Of a stretch of DNA of 64,000 nucleotides, positions 29,762-38,715 are shown in pieces. Position 1 is the first letter of the stretch, and the number at the start of each line of letters is the position of its first letter. Made by a program: the position numbers and the translations under genes. Under the pieces are notes generated by a model. It saw nothing but the letters and a program-made list of their open reading frames with translations, did not search any database and had not been told where the DNA came from. Source of the stretch: Pseudobdellovibrionaceae bacterium (GTDB lineage: Bacteria; Bdellovibrionota; Bdellovibrionia; Bdellovibrionales; Bdellovibrionaceae); NCBI GenBank assembly GCA_031428135.1, contig JANPOT010000022.1, forward strand, positions 19,201-83,200, written 5' to 3'.

Positions 29762-31825
29762 ATGAACACAATGCCAGAAGCATCTGTACTGTCGTCTATT
29801 ACTGAAAACGCTCCCATCGAGCCCATCATCGCAGACATTCCTGTCGTCAATGATTTCGAAGAATTTGGCTTATCACCAGAGACAACAAGATCAATTGAAA
29901 AAATGAAATATGTATCGGCAACTGGTATTCAAAAAGCCTGTATTCCATTTTTATTACAAAACCAATCTGATATTATCGCATTAGCAAAAACCGGAACTGG
30001 CAAAACAGCAGCGTTCGGAATTCCATTGGTTGAAAAAATATTCGCAGGTCAAGGTTTACAAGGTTTAGTTCTTTGCCCGACTCGCGAATTAGCTCAGCAA
30101 GTTGCATTGAACATTAAAAACATGGGCCAAGACAAACGCATCAACGTAGCAACCATTTTGGGTGGCGAATCGTATGATAAACAATTGCGTGCGCTTCGTT
30201 CGAATCCTGAAGTTTTAGTCAGTACACCAGGACGTTTGATCGATTTGATGGAACAAAAAATTATTAAATTAGCCGGAGTTCGTTATTTCATTTTAGACGA
30301 AGCTGATGAAATGTTATCATTCGGTTTCCAGGATGCTTTAGAATCAATTTGGAAATCACTTGAAGAAGGGGCTCCAGCAAAAACTGCTGATTCTGAACCT
30401 TTATTTAATACGTGGTTATTTTCTGCAACTATGAGCGAGAATATTCGCAAATTAACAAAAAAATATTTAACAACACCACACGAAGTTAAATTAAATACCA
30501 AAGAAGAAAAAATTAATATCGAAGCATTCGCTACTGTTGTTTTCGAAGAAGACAAAGAAGACGCTTTGGCATTATTGATTAAAAATGAACCTGAATTTTA
30601 TGGAATTATTTTTGCGACAACAAAGCGCCAAGTTGGCGAACTTGAATTGCGTTTACGTAATTTGGGGCTGGACGTTGATTCATTACATGGTGACAAGGTC
30701 CAAGCTGAACGGACTCGTACAATTAATCGCATGAAAGCACGTCAAACTAAAATATTAGTTGCAACGGACGTTGCTGCCCGCGGTTTAGATATTCAAGATT
30801 TAACACACGTTGTGAATTTTGAAATTCCTTGGGATATTGAAACATTCACACACCGTATCGGTCGTACTGCACGCGCTGGCAAAAAAGGTGTTGTTTGGAC
30901 TATGGTTAAACCCAAAGAAAGTGGAACGTTACGTCGTTTCGAAAGAACTTTGGGAATTGAATTTAAAAACCTTGTTATCCCAACAGTTGAAGACGTTCAA
31001 GTATTTCAAAAAGTTAAATGGATGAAACAAATTGCCGAAATGCCATTCCGTGATTCTGAGTTTTCTAAATTCGAAAAAGCATTATTAAAAATTGAAAACG
31101 AAAAAGTTCAAGAGTTAGGCGTTGAAGCTCGTCAATGGCTGGTTCGCGCGTTCCAATATTTCGGTCAATCTGAAGAATTAAGAATGAAACAACCACGTTC
31201 AATGGAATTACGCAAAGCTGACGACAAATACGGCGGTGGCGGCGGATACGAAGATCGCGGCGGCGGTGGATACTCTCGTGGTGGTGGCGGCCGTTCATTC
31301 GGTGGCGATCGCGGCGGCCGATCCTACGGCGGTGGCCGATCATCGGGTGGCGATCGTGGTGGCTATTCTCGTGATCGCGGTTCTGACCGTGGTGGCGATC
31401 GTGGCGGATTCCGCAGTGATCGCACATCTGATCGCGGTGGCGGATTCGCACCTAACACTGGAAACACATTTTCATTAGCGGCTGCTGAACAGCGCCCTGA
31501 TCGCAACATGACTGCTGACCGTGGAAATTCTGGTGGCGGATCATCTGATCGCAGTTCATTCCGCGGACGTGACAGCCAAAACAGTTTTTCAAATAATGAA
31601 TCACGACCTGCGATGGATAATTTTGGAGCACGTTCATTTTCAAAACCTCGTGAAGATCGCGGCAGTTTTTCAGGTGGCGGCGAAAGATCGTTTGATCGCA
31701 GTGACCGTGGAATGGCACCTGCCCCCGCAGGACGCTTTGAAGGCCGCAGTGACCGTGGCGGCGAATCTGCACCAGCACGTCAAGGCGCTTGGTCAAAATC
31801 ACCATTTAAAAAACGTTCTGAATAA
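29762..31825 (+). CDS. DEAD-box RNA helicase with long RGG/Gly-rich C-terminal tail
   Basis: AKTGTGKT, PTRELA, DEAD, SAT, HGD, ARGLD, HRIGRT. Confidence 0.95.
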   Translation: MNTMPEASVLSSITENAPIEPIIADIPVVNDFEEFGLSPETTRSIEKMKYVSATGIQKACIPFLLQNQSDIIALAKTGTGKTAAFGIPLVEKIFAGQGLQGLVLCPTRELAQQVALNIKNMGQDKRINVATILGGESYDKQLRALRSNPEVLVSTPGRLIDLMEQKIIKLAGVRYFILDEADEMLSFGFQDALESIWKSLEEGAPAKTADSEPLFNTWLFSATMSENIRKLTKKYLTTPHEVKLNTKEEKINIEAFATVVFEEDKEDALALLIKNEPEFYGIIFATTKRQVGELELRLRNLGLDVDSLHGDKVQAERTRTINRMKARQTKILVATDVAARGLDIQDLTHVVNFEIPWDIETFTHRIGRTARAGKKGVVWTMVKPKESGTLRRFERTLGIEFKNLVIPTVEDVQVFQKVKWMKQIAEMPFRDSEFSKFEKALLKIENEKVQELGVEARQWLVRAFQYFGQSEELRMKQPRSMELRKADDKYGGGGGYEDRGGGGYSRGGGGRSFGGDRGGRSYGGGRSSGGDRGGYSRDRGSDRGGDRGGFRSDRTSDRGGGFAPNTGNTFSLAAAEQRPDRNMTADRGNSGGGSSDRSSFRGRDSQNSFSNNESRPAMDNFGARSFSKPREDRGSFSGGGERSFDRSDRGMAPAPAGRFEGRSDRGGESAPARQGAWSKSPFKKRSE
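31230..31445 (+). repeat. GC-rich low-complexity coding repeat (GGDRGG/RGG)
   Basis: Recurrent GGCGATCGYGG units encoding GDRG. Confidence 0.8.
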
Positions 31826-31861
31826 TTAAAATATTTTATAAATTTGAATACAAAGTTCATC

Positions 31862-31897
31862 AAAAGCCCTCATCAGAAATGATGTGGGCTTTTTTTG
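31862..31897 (+). terminator. Intrinsic terminator after the helicase gene
   Basis: AAAGCCCTCATC-agaaat-GATGTGGGCTTT plus T-tract. Confidence 0.8.
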
Positions 31898-31985
31898 TAT
31901 AAAATATCTGTCAAAACTTCTGACAGTTGCTGTCCAAAATATATAGACTATAATCAAGCCTACTCAAAAACAAAGGACATTCATT

Positions 31986-32348
31986 ATGAAAAAAATTATT
32001 TTAATTCTGTTATTGTTATCAAATAATTTATATGCAAAATCTGATATTGAAAAAATAAACATCGCAAATATTTTAATATCTGCCATGTCTAAAAATAATG
32101 AAAATTGTGTGTTATCTGGTGTTCCAACTGATTTTGACCAGGTGACAGCTGATTATTTCCAAGGCTCTGGATTAAACGTTGTTTTAAAATGTTTAAATAC
32201 ATATGAAGTTTTTTTCTCTGTTGTTGACCACACAAACAAAGTCGAAGGTTTCAAAGTTACAGCCCTGGGCGTGATTCAATATTCAGGAAAAATATCAAAT
32301 GGACAATTAACTTTAACTAAAAATTTTGCAGACGAACCTGCAGACTAA
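31986..32348 (+). CDS. Secreted hypothetical protein
   Basis: Signal peptide, SD AAGGA, two Cys. Confidence 0.7.
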   Translation: MKKIILILLLLSNNLYAKSDIEKINIANILISAMSKNNENCVLSGVPTDFDQVTADYFQGSGLNVVLKCLNTYEVFFSVVDHTNKVEGFKVTALGVIQYSGKISNGQLTLTKNFADEPAD

Positions 32349-32353
32349 ATTGA

Positions 32354-32376
32354 ACGTATAAATTCGATTTATACGT
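32354..32376. terminator. Hairpin between convergent genes
   Basis: ACGTATAAAT-tcg-ATTTATACGT. Confidence 0.5.
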
Positions 32377-33430
32377 CCGATTTTATACCGCTGACGGCCT
32401 TGGATAAAAATCCGATTTCTGACTGAATATTCTGAAGACCTAATTCTTCAAATAAAATTTCCATCGGATGATCGACATAGTTTTTATAAAATGGTTCATG
32501 AAAATCCACTGGGAACAAATCCAAAGCCCATTGAAATTCAGCGTCATCATTTTTTTGCAATGAATCAATCATGCCGTAAAAACCCAAAGGTTTTAATAAA
32601 CGCTGGCCTTCCTGAATGACTGCGTTTCGAATCTGAAATGGCAGTTCATGAAACAAGAAACATGACACAACACAATCAAAAGTTTGATCCTTAAAGTTTA
32701 ATTTCTCAGCTGCGCCCTGAACATAATCAATACGTTTGAAATTATTTAATCTTTTCTGGGCTTTATTTAAATAAAATGAACTTAAATCCACGCAGGTAAT
32801 TTGAGCCTTAGGGAAAGCTAAGGCTAAGAATTTTGTCATGGCCCCTGTGCCGCTGGCAATTTCTAAAAAATGGAGGCCTTCCCCGTCAGAACTTTGAAAG
32901 TGAACTTTCAGTTGCGGAATCAATAATCGGCGCATGGCATTTGCTGCGCCTGAAAATAAAATTTCAACCTGGTGTTCATATAATTCAGCCGATGCATCAC
33001 CCAAATATCCACTGGTCTGATAATGGAAATTTCTGGTATAGTATTCAGGTAAATTTTTTGTAAAATCCTGCGCCTCAATATCGAATTCATGCGCTGATTT
33101 TGTATTTCGTCGCTTTGCAGATTTAAATGCATCCGTAATAATCTGTGGCAAACGCAGCGAATGCTTAATTGGGCTCTCTGGAAACAAAACATCTATGGGA
33201 TACAAACCCATCGAAATATTTTCGCAATCTTTTTTTAATAAATTTTGAATTTTAGGCAAAGCTGATTTTAAATGTTCTGGGTAATTCACCGGAGCTTCGC
33301 GTTTTTCACCCGTCGATAAACGATCGATGATCGGCAAAACTAAACCTTGCACTGCAAAATTTCCAAATCTAGCCAAAGAATACCCATAAGCTAAGTTTTT
33401 TAAAATTGTTTTTTTAATATCTTGTTTCAT
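32369..33430 (-). CDS. Class I SAM-dependent methyltransferase
   Basis: YYTRNFHYQTSGYL, LEIASGTG, CVDLS, FLFHELP, FHEPFY. Confidence 0.88.
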   Translation of the reverse strand: MKQDIKKTILKNLAYGYSLARFGNFAVQGLVLPIIDRLSTGEKREAPVNYPEHLKSALPKIQNLLKKDCENISMGLYPIDVLFPESPIKHSLRLPQIITDAFKSAKRRNTKSAHEFDIEAQDFTKNLPEYYTRNFHYQTSGYLGDASAELYEHQVEILFSGAANAMRRLLIPQLKVHFQSSDGEGLHFLEIASGTGAMTKFLALAFPKAQITCVDLSSFYLNKAQKRLNNFKRIDYVQGAAEKLNFKDQTFDCVVSCFLFHELPFQIRNAVIQEGQRLLKPLGFYGMIDSLQKNDDAEFQWALDLFPVDFHEPFYKNYVDHPMEILFEELGLQNIQSEIGFLSKAVSGIKSDV

Positions 33431-33732
33431 TTCCAGCCTTTTGTGATTCCGTCAACAGATTGTCTTGAACATTTAAATCTGGTTGTTTTAAATCCGCGTT
33501 TTTCCAAATGTTTTAAATGACCCTGTTGGTTTGCACGTTTTCGCCAACGATCGTAATCTTTGCGCGGCAACTCTGTTCGCATAAAACGAATAAAATCATT
33601 TTGAGTTAATCCAAATTGTTCCTCGATCGCATCAAAAGTTGTACGGTCTTCCCAGCCCATTCGAACCAGGCGATCCTTATCAGCTTGAGTCAACTGACTG
33701 ATTCTGTCTTTGAGCTTCGTTGATATTCCCAA
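33427..33732 (-). CDS. TIGR03643 (DUF2805) family protein
   Basis: RMGWEDRTTFDAIEEQFGL…RWRKR matches the family pattern. Confidence 0.85.
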   Translation of the reverse strand: MGISTKLKDRISQLTQADKDRLVRMGWEDRTTFDAIEEQFGLTQNDFIRFMRTELPRKDYDRWRKRANQQGHLKHLEKRGFKTTRFKCSRQSVDGITKGWK

Positions 33733-33817
33733 TTTAGCCTTACATCCTGCTTTATAACAGCTTTAAAGTTATTTTTTTTAATATCAATATTTTACATTAC
33801 AAATCGGTAAAAATGAA

Positions 33818-33841
33818 TTAGTTTAATATATATTGAACTAA
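33818..33841. promoter_or_regulatory. 24-bp near-perfect palindrome, candidate operator in a divergent promoter
   Basis: TTAGTTTAATAT/ATATTGAACTAA, one mismatch, no loop. Confidence 0.5.
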
Positions 33842-33842
33842 T

Positions 33843-34262
33843 ATGACGCGCAAGGGGACCAATATGCAATTGACTGTTTATTACGACGAAATGTGTGTGC
33901 TGTGTGCCAAAGAAATCCATCATTATCAGAAACAAACTGGTAGCGAAAATATCAATTTCGTTGATATCACAGCCTCAAGCTTTGATGCTGCAAAAGAAAA
34001 TGTCGATCCATTTCTGGTTCACAAAATTATGCATTCAAAAACGAATGATGGCGTTTTGCATACCAAAATTGATGCATTCATACAAATTTGGAAAATCCTT
34101 CCGAAATACAATTGGCTTGCTCGATTGGCTGAAAAAAAATCAATTAAAAAAATAATGGATGCTGGCTATTTTATTTTCGCTGAAGTTAGACCGTATTTAC
34201 CAAAAAAGAAACGACAACAAGATTGCAGCGACAGTCCGTACTGCGAATTAAAGGATAAATAA
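33843..34262 (+). CDS. DCC1-like thiol-disulfide oxidoreductase (DUF393)
   Basis: VYYDEMCVLC (DxxCxxC), IDAFIQIW. Confidence 0.85.
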   Translation: MTRKGTNMQLTVYYDEMCVLCAKEIHHYQKQTGSENINFVDITASSFDAAKENVDPFLVHKIMHSKTNDGVLHTKIDAFIQIWKILPKYNWLARLAEKKSIKKIMDAGYFIFAEVRPYLPKKKRQQDCSDSPYCELKDK

Positions 34263-34265
34263 AAA

Positions 34266-34694
34266 ATGACAAAATACCCGATCGATTTCAAAGCAAAATC
34301 AGAAACCAAACACGGTGTCCAATCAACGTGGTCTGTTGAATCTTATGGCCATAAAACGATTTGTGCGATTCCGCCGGAATTCAATGGGCCTGGAGGCGGA
34401 TTCAGTCCCGAAGATTTATTTGCGCAAGCGCTGACAAATTGCTTGGTCGCAACTTTCAAAGTTTATGCTGAAAATTCTAAATTAACTTTCTCAGATTTAA
34501 AAGTTTCAACAAACTTATCTGTAGATCAAGCTGAAGATCGAAAAGTGATCATGAAAAAATGTCATTTCAACGTCACTGTTATAGGGAGCTCAAACCCTGA
34601 CAAAACTCAGCTATTGATCAAAAAATCTTTTGAATCAGGATTTATATTAAATTCAGTAAAGACTGAACTGTCTTATGAGTTGCATCTCATTTAA
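34266..34694 (+). CDS. OsmC/Ohr family protein
   Basis: PPEFNGPG, SPEDLFAQALTNC, FILNSVK. Confidence 0.85.
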   Translation: MTKYPIDFKAKSETKHGVQSTWSVESYGHKTICAIPPEFNGPGGGFSPEDLFAQALTNCLVATFKVYAENSKLTFSDLKVSTNLSVDQAEDRKVIMKKCHFNVTVIGSSNPDKTQLLIKKSFESGFILNSVKTELSYELHLI

Positions 34695-35467
34695 TGAAGT
34701 TTGATATTTTTGTTGGCATTGATCAAACAGGTGCCGTAAAAGCGAATGGACAACCTCGACAGCTCGATATCTGCATTGCTGAAATCACAAAAACGAAAAC
34801 GAAGTATTACACAAAATTGAAAATTGAAAAATTATGTTACAACCAAATACACGCAGAAATTAAAAAATGCATTCCTGAATTTGATCGACAAAAAGTACTT
34901 ATTTGCGTCGACAGTGTGTTCGGCTTACCACAAGAACTTTCAGTTCAATTCTCAAAAATAATTGCTACTGCTAAAAATTTTAATTCAGAAAACAAAGAAT
35001 TTGGATCTGCGACTGCGCATGCTTTTTTTAACGATTTTTTAAAATCAAAAAAGATAATTCCAAAAAGAATTGTCGAAAATATTGTCAAAGCGAACAGCGT
35101 TTTTAATCTGAAACCTTTCCAAAAAAATATCGGATGTGGCACATACCGAATTATCAAAGATCTGTCGGTTGGTCAAAAGTGGTTTTCAATTTGGCCTTTT
35201 GAAAAACCAATATACCAATTTGTCGTTGCCGAAGGTTATCCCAGCTTTTTCTGGAAACATCTTCTTAATTTAAGGACACGAAATGTGATCGAACTTAAGC
35301 TTAAATTGAAGACTGAAATTAAAAAATTAGATGTTGATACGATTGATGAAGCTGATAGCTTTGTATTAGCTTATGGTGCAATGAAGTCAGTCGATTTTAT
35401 GAATAACTTTAAAATCGATCCAAGATACAAAAATGAAGGCTGGATACTCGGAGTCCCCAATGAATAA
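34694..35467 (+). CDS. DUF429-like predicted RNase H-fold nuclease
   Basis: VGIDQTG, VDSVFGLP, AEGYP, DEADS acidic motifs. Confidence 0.6.
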   Translation: MKFDIFVGIDQTGAVKANGQPRQLDICIAEITKTKTKYYTKLKIEKLCYNQIHAEIKKCIPEFDRQKVLICVDSVFGLPQELSVQFSKIIATAKNFNSENKEFGSATAHAFFNDFLKSKKIIPKRIVENIVKANSVFNLKPFQKNIGCGTYRIIKDLSVGQKWFSIWPFEKPIYQFVVAEGYPSFFWKHLLNLRTRNVIELKLKLKTEIKKLDVDTIDEADSFVLAYGAMKSVDFMNNFKIDPRYKNEGWILGVPNE

Positions 35468-35897
35468 TTTAATTTACACGTCTCATATTTTTAGTTGTTT
35501 TTTTATGACAGGATTGATTTGGCTGGTTCAATTGATTCATTACCCAAGTTATAAATATATAAATCCGACTCAGTTTTCGAGCTATCAAAACTTTCATACG
35601 ACAACGATCACATTTATCGTTGGTCCGATAATGGCTTTAGAAATTTTCTCAGGTATGGCTATTTTATTTGATCAAAAATTAAATACATTAAGTTCTGTCA
35701 ATTTTGTTGGATTAATCCTGATTTGGTTGGCAACTGCATTTTTCAGTTTCCCATTGCATGGTAAATTGTCTTTAGGCTACGATCAAAGTACAATACAATC
35801 TTTAATTTTAACAAATTGGATTCGTACAGTTCTCTGGACTCTTCGCTCGGGATTAATTATTTATATGATGATTCAGGTCTTTAAAAAAGATGCCTAG
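35460..35897 (+). CDS. Four-TM membrane protein of unknown function
   Basis: MTGLIWLVQLIHYP, TNWIRTVLW; start probably ATG 35460. Confidence 0.7.
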   Translation: MNNLIYTSHIFSCFFMTGLIWLVQLIHYPSYKYINPTQFSSYQNFHTTTITFIVGPIMALEIFSGMAILFDQKLNTLSSVNFVGLILIWLATAFFSFPLHGKLSLGYDQSTIQSLILTNWIRTVLWTLRSGLIIYMMIQVFKKDA

Positions 35898-36243
35898 TTT
35901 ATCTAAAAATTGTCAAAGCTGTGGCCGAGACTTTGACTACAGAAAAAAATGGGCTAAAAATTGGAATGAAATTAAATATTGCAGTGACGAATGTCGAAAA
36001 AACAAAAATAAATTCGATTTCAAAAACCAAATTATTGATTTACTCAACATCAGAGGTCAAATGAAAACAATTTGTCCCAGCGAAGTTCTACATAATAACG
36101 ACAAATCAAATTCTGTTCTTATGGAACATGTCAGACGGAGTGCCAGGATTTTAGCTTCGGAAAATAAAATTGAAATTCTACAAGGCGGAAAACACGTTGA
36201 ACCAACCCAATTTAAGGGCCCCATTAGACTCAGATTAAAGTAA
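35890..36243 (+). CDS. DUF2256 + DUF3253 fusion protein
   Basis: CQSCGRDF..RKKW..W.EIKYCSDECR followed by KTICPSEV…FKGPIRLR. Confidence 0.85.
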   Translation: MPSLSKNCQSCGRDFDYRKKWAKNWNEIKYCSDECRKNKNKFDFKNQIIDLLNIRGQMKTICPSEVLHNNDKSNSVLMEHVRRSARILASENKIEILQGGKHVEPTQFKGPIRLRLK

Positions 36244-36256
36244 GGATTTATAATTC

Positions 36257-36448
36257 ATGGAAGAAATTGAAAAATTTTTTAAATGCCCCTATTGCTTAGA
36301 AAAAATATCTATGCTGCTGGATACGTCAAACAGCGAAACACAGTCTTACGTGGAAGACTGTGAAGTTTGCTGTAACCCTATTCAAATTACGTTCACTGGT
36401 ACAAACAATAAAATCAAGGGCTTCAATGCCGAGAAGGCTTATGGCTAA
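36257..36448 (+). CDS. CPXCG-motif cysteine-rich small protein
   Basis: CPYCLE…QSYVEDCEVCCNPI. Confidence 0.88.
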   Translation: MEEIEKFFKCPYCLEKISMLLDTSNSETQSYVEDCEVCCNPIQITFTGTNNKIKGFNAEKAYG

Positions 36449-37940
36449 TTTACTACTGACTTTACCCAATCAATTATTTCCTGTCAGCGTGATCAAAGAA
36501 AATTACAAGTCTAAAGATCCTTTGATTGTTTTTATGAATGAAGATCAAGAAATTTTGACTTATCATCAATTTCATAAACACAGAATTATTTTTTATCTTT
36601 CAGCAATGCGAACTTACAAACAAGAGCTCGAAGCAAAAAAAATAAAAGTCGAATATTTTGAACTTGGCAGCACAAAAAACAACTTTGAAACACAACTGCT
36701 ATCTACAATCAAAGACAATAAGATCAAAAAGGTTTTATTGTACGAAATCGAAGATAAATTTATCGAAAAAAGAATCCTTTCATCCCTGACTAAAAATAAG
36801 GTCACATTCGAAATCTGGCCATCACCCATGTTTTTAACACCACGTGAAACATTTAAAGATTATCTGAAAAAATCAAAAAAACCTTTTATGAAAGTCTTTT
36901 ACGAACAACAACGTAAACGTCTGAATATTCTGGTTGATAAAAATAACAACCCCGAAGGCGGCCAATGGAGTTTCGATGCTGAAAACAGATTGCCATTGCC
37001 AGAAAAAATTCAGCCCCCTGAAATTGATTTAATCAAGGCGTCAAAGATAACCAATGACATTCAAATTTTAACAGACAAAAAATTTAAGGATCACCCCGGC
37101 AGCTCCGAAAATTTTTGGCTGCCAACAGATCGAAAATCTGCACATATTTGGTTGGATAAATTTTTAGAAGACCGCTTTGCCCGATTTGGTCCCTATGAAG
37201 ACGCAATTCCTCGACACACAGATTTTGTCTTTCATTCAGTATTAACACCATTTTTAAATTCAGGGTTATTAACCCCAGATGATGTTGTCAAAAAAACTTT
37301 GATCTATGCCAAAGAAAATAAAATCAATATTGCATCCACCGAAGGCTTCATTCGACAAATCATTGGCTGGAGAGAATTCATCCGTGGTATTTATCAAAAT
37401 TTTTCTGAAAAACAGGAAACTTCAAATTTTTTTAATCATACAAAAAAATTAACAAAGCATTGGTACGACGGAACGACAGGAATTGCACCGCTGGATGTCG
37501 CCATTCGAAAAACAATTAAATATGGATATGCCCATCATATCGAACGCCTGATGGTCATCGGAAGCCTGATGTTATTATTAGAAATCAAACCGATCACTGC
37601 ACACAACTGGTTTATGGAAATGTTTATTGATTCATCCGACTGGGTTATGGGACCAAACGTTTACGGCATGACATTGTTTTCTGACGGTGGAATTTTTGCG
37701 ACAAAACCTTATTTTTGTGGTTCAAATTATTATCGAAAAATGGGCGGCTATAAGGCCACCGAATCCTGGTGTGACGGGGTCGATGGGCTGTATTGGGGAT
37801 TCATTGAAAAAAATAAATCGTTTTTCTTAAAAAATCCGCGCATGTCCATGATGGCCCGGACCGTTGAAAAAATGGATTCAGAGAAAAAAGCTAAAATTTA
37901 TAAGGCTGCGGATGTTTTACGGAAGAAATTAACGTCGTAA
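36441..37940 (+). CDS. Cryptochrome/photolyase family, bacterial (6-4) photolyase (PhrB-related) clade
   Basis: GGQWSFDAENR, FGPYEDA, RQIIGWREFIRG, YAHHIERLM, DGGIFATKPY; start reassigned to ATG 36441. Confidence 0.9.
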   Translation: MANLLLTLPNQLFPVSVIKENYKSKDPLIVFMNEDQEILTYHQFHKHRIIFYLSAMRTYKQELEAKKIKVEYFELGSTKNNFETQLLSTIKDNKIKKVLLYEIEDKFIEKRILSSLTKNKVTFEIWPSPMFLTPRETFKDYLKKSKKPFMKVFYEQQRKRLNILVDKNNNPEGGQWSFDAENRLPLPEKIQPPEIDLIKASKITNDIQILTDKKFKDHPGSSENFWLPTDRKSAHIWLDKFLEDRFARFGPYEDAIPRHTDFVFHSVLTPFLNSGLLTPDDVVKKTLIYAKENKINIASTEGFIRQIIGWREFIRGIYQNFSEKQETSNFFNHTKKLTKHWYDGTTGIAPLDVAIRKTIKYGYAHHIERLMVIGSLMLLLEIKPITAHNWFMEMFIDSSDWVMGPNVYGMTLFSDGGIFATKPYFCGSNYYRKMGGYKATESWCDGVDGLYWGFIEKNKSFFLKNPRMSMMARTVEKMDSEKKAKIYKAADVLRKKLTS

Positions 37941-38003
37941 GTATATCACCTGACCAACCGTGTCTTTTTCTATATTTCTTGTAAAACTGATCCCTAACTG
38001 ATG

Positions 38004-38031
38004 CAATTTGATTACATTTGTAATCAAATTG
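38004..38031. promoter_or_regulatory. Perfect 13-bp inverted repeat with 2-nt spacer, candidate operator
   Basis: CAATTTGATTACA-tt-TGTAATCAAATTG, 100 bp upstream of ATG 38131. Confidence 0.55.
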
Positions 38032-38130
38032 TGAACGAACACTATTGTCATTCATATAAATATTTGAAACGATTTGATTCGTCAGCGCAGACATGATTTT
38101 AAACATAAACTTAAATAGGAGATTCTTAAA

Positions 38131-38715
38131 ATGAAAACAGGACTTATACTAATTCTTATGGCGCTTTGCATGACTTCAACGTCAAATGCTTTGATCGCTG
38201 ACAAATTTAGATGTTCTCTCGAAATAAAAGATTTCAAATCTAAAAATTTATCTAAACAAGATAAAGAAATTTTTATAGCAAGGTTGCCGACACAAAGCTC
38301 GGATCCACAGATTCAATTTACGATTGGTCAAGTATTCGAAAGACTGTCCCTGAAAACCCCGACAGCCGAATTAAGTGCCAATCTAAATTTTTATTTTAAA
38401 CATGCTATAAAAACACATTCCAGCGGATTAACTGAAGCCAGACAATTAACTTGCGTTGCACTAACAACTGATTACTGCGAACGCGGTCCAGGTCCCGGCA
38501 TAGTTGCATGCAGTGCGAGCAGCGCCATGTGCATGGAGCCCCCATACCCATTTGATCTGAATTTAGGGTGGCAAAAAACATTAATATCGGCTGCCGGTCC
38601 AGTTTTTAACGAGCAAGAACTTCTAGCTCCGATCACTGTTGATGTTAAAAATGACCAAGGGGCTATTGTTGGAGTCGCCAATTTGAATTGCAAGCACAAA
38701 GGCACATTTAACTAA
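38131..38715 (+). CDS. Secreted cysteine-containing hypothetical protein
   Basis: SD AGGAG; signal peptide; several Cys. Confidence 0.75.
   Translation: MKTGLILILMALCMTSTSNALIADKFRCSLEIKDFKSKNLSKQDKEIFIARLPTQSSDPQIQFTIGQVFERLSLKTPTAELSANLNFYFKHAIKTHSSGLTEARQLTCVALTTDYCERGPGPGIVACSASSAMCMEPPYPFDLNLGWQKTLISAAGPVFNEQELLAPITVDVKNDQGAIVGVANLNCKHKGTFN

Noticed and set aside
31230-31780. Recurring GATCGCGG units as a CRISPR or non-coding array
   Set aside because: Irregular spacing, in-frame amino-acid repeats, and no cas genes.
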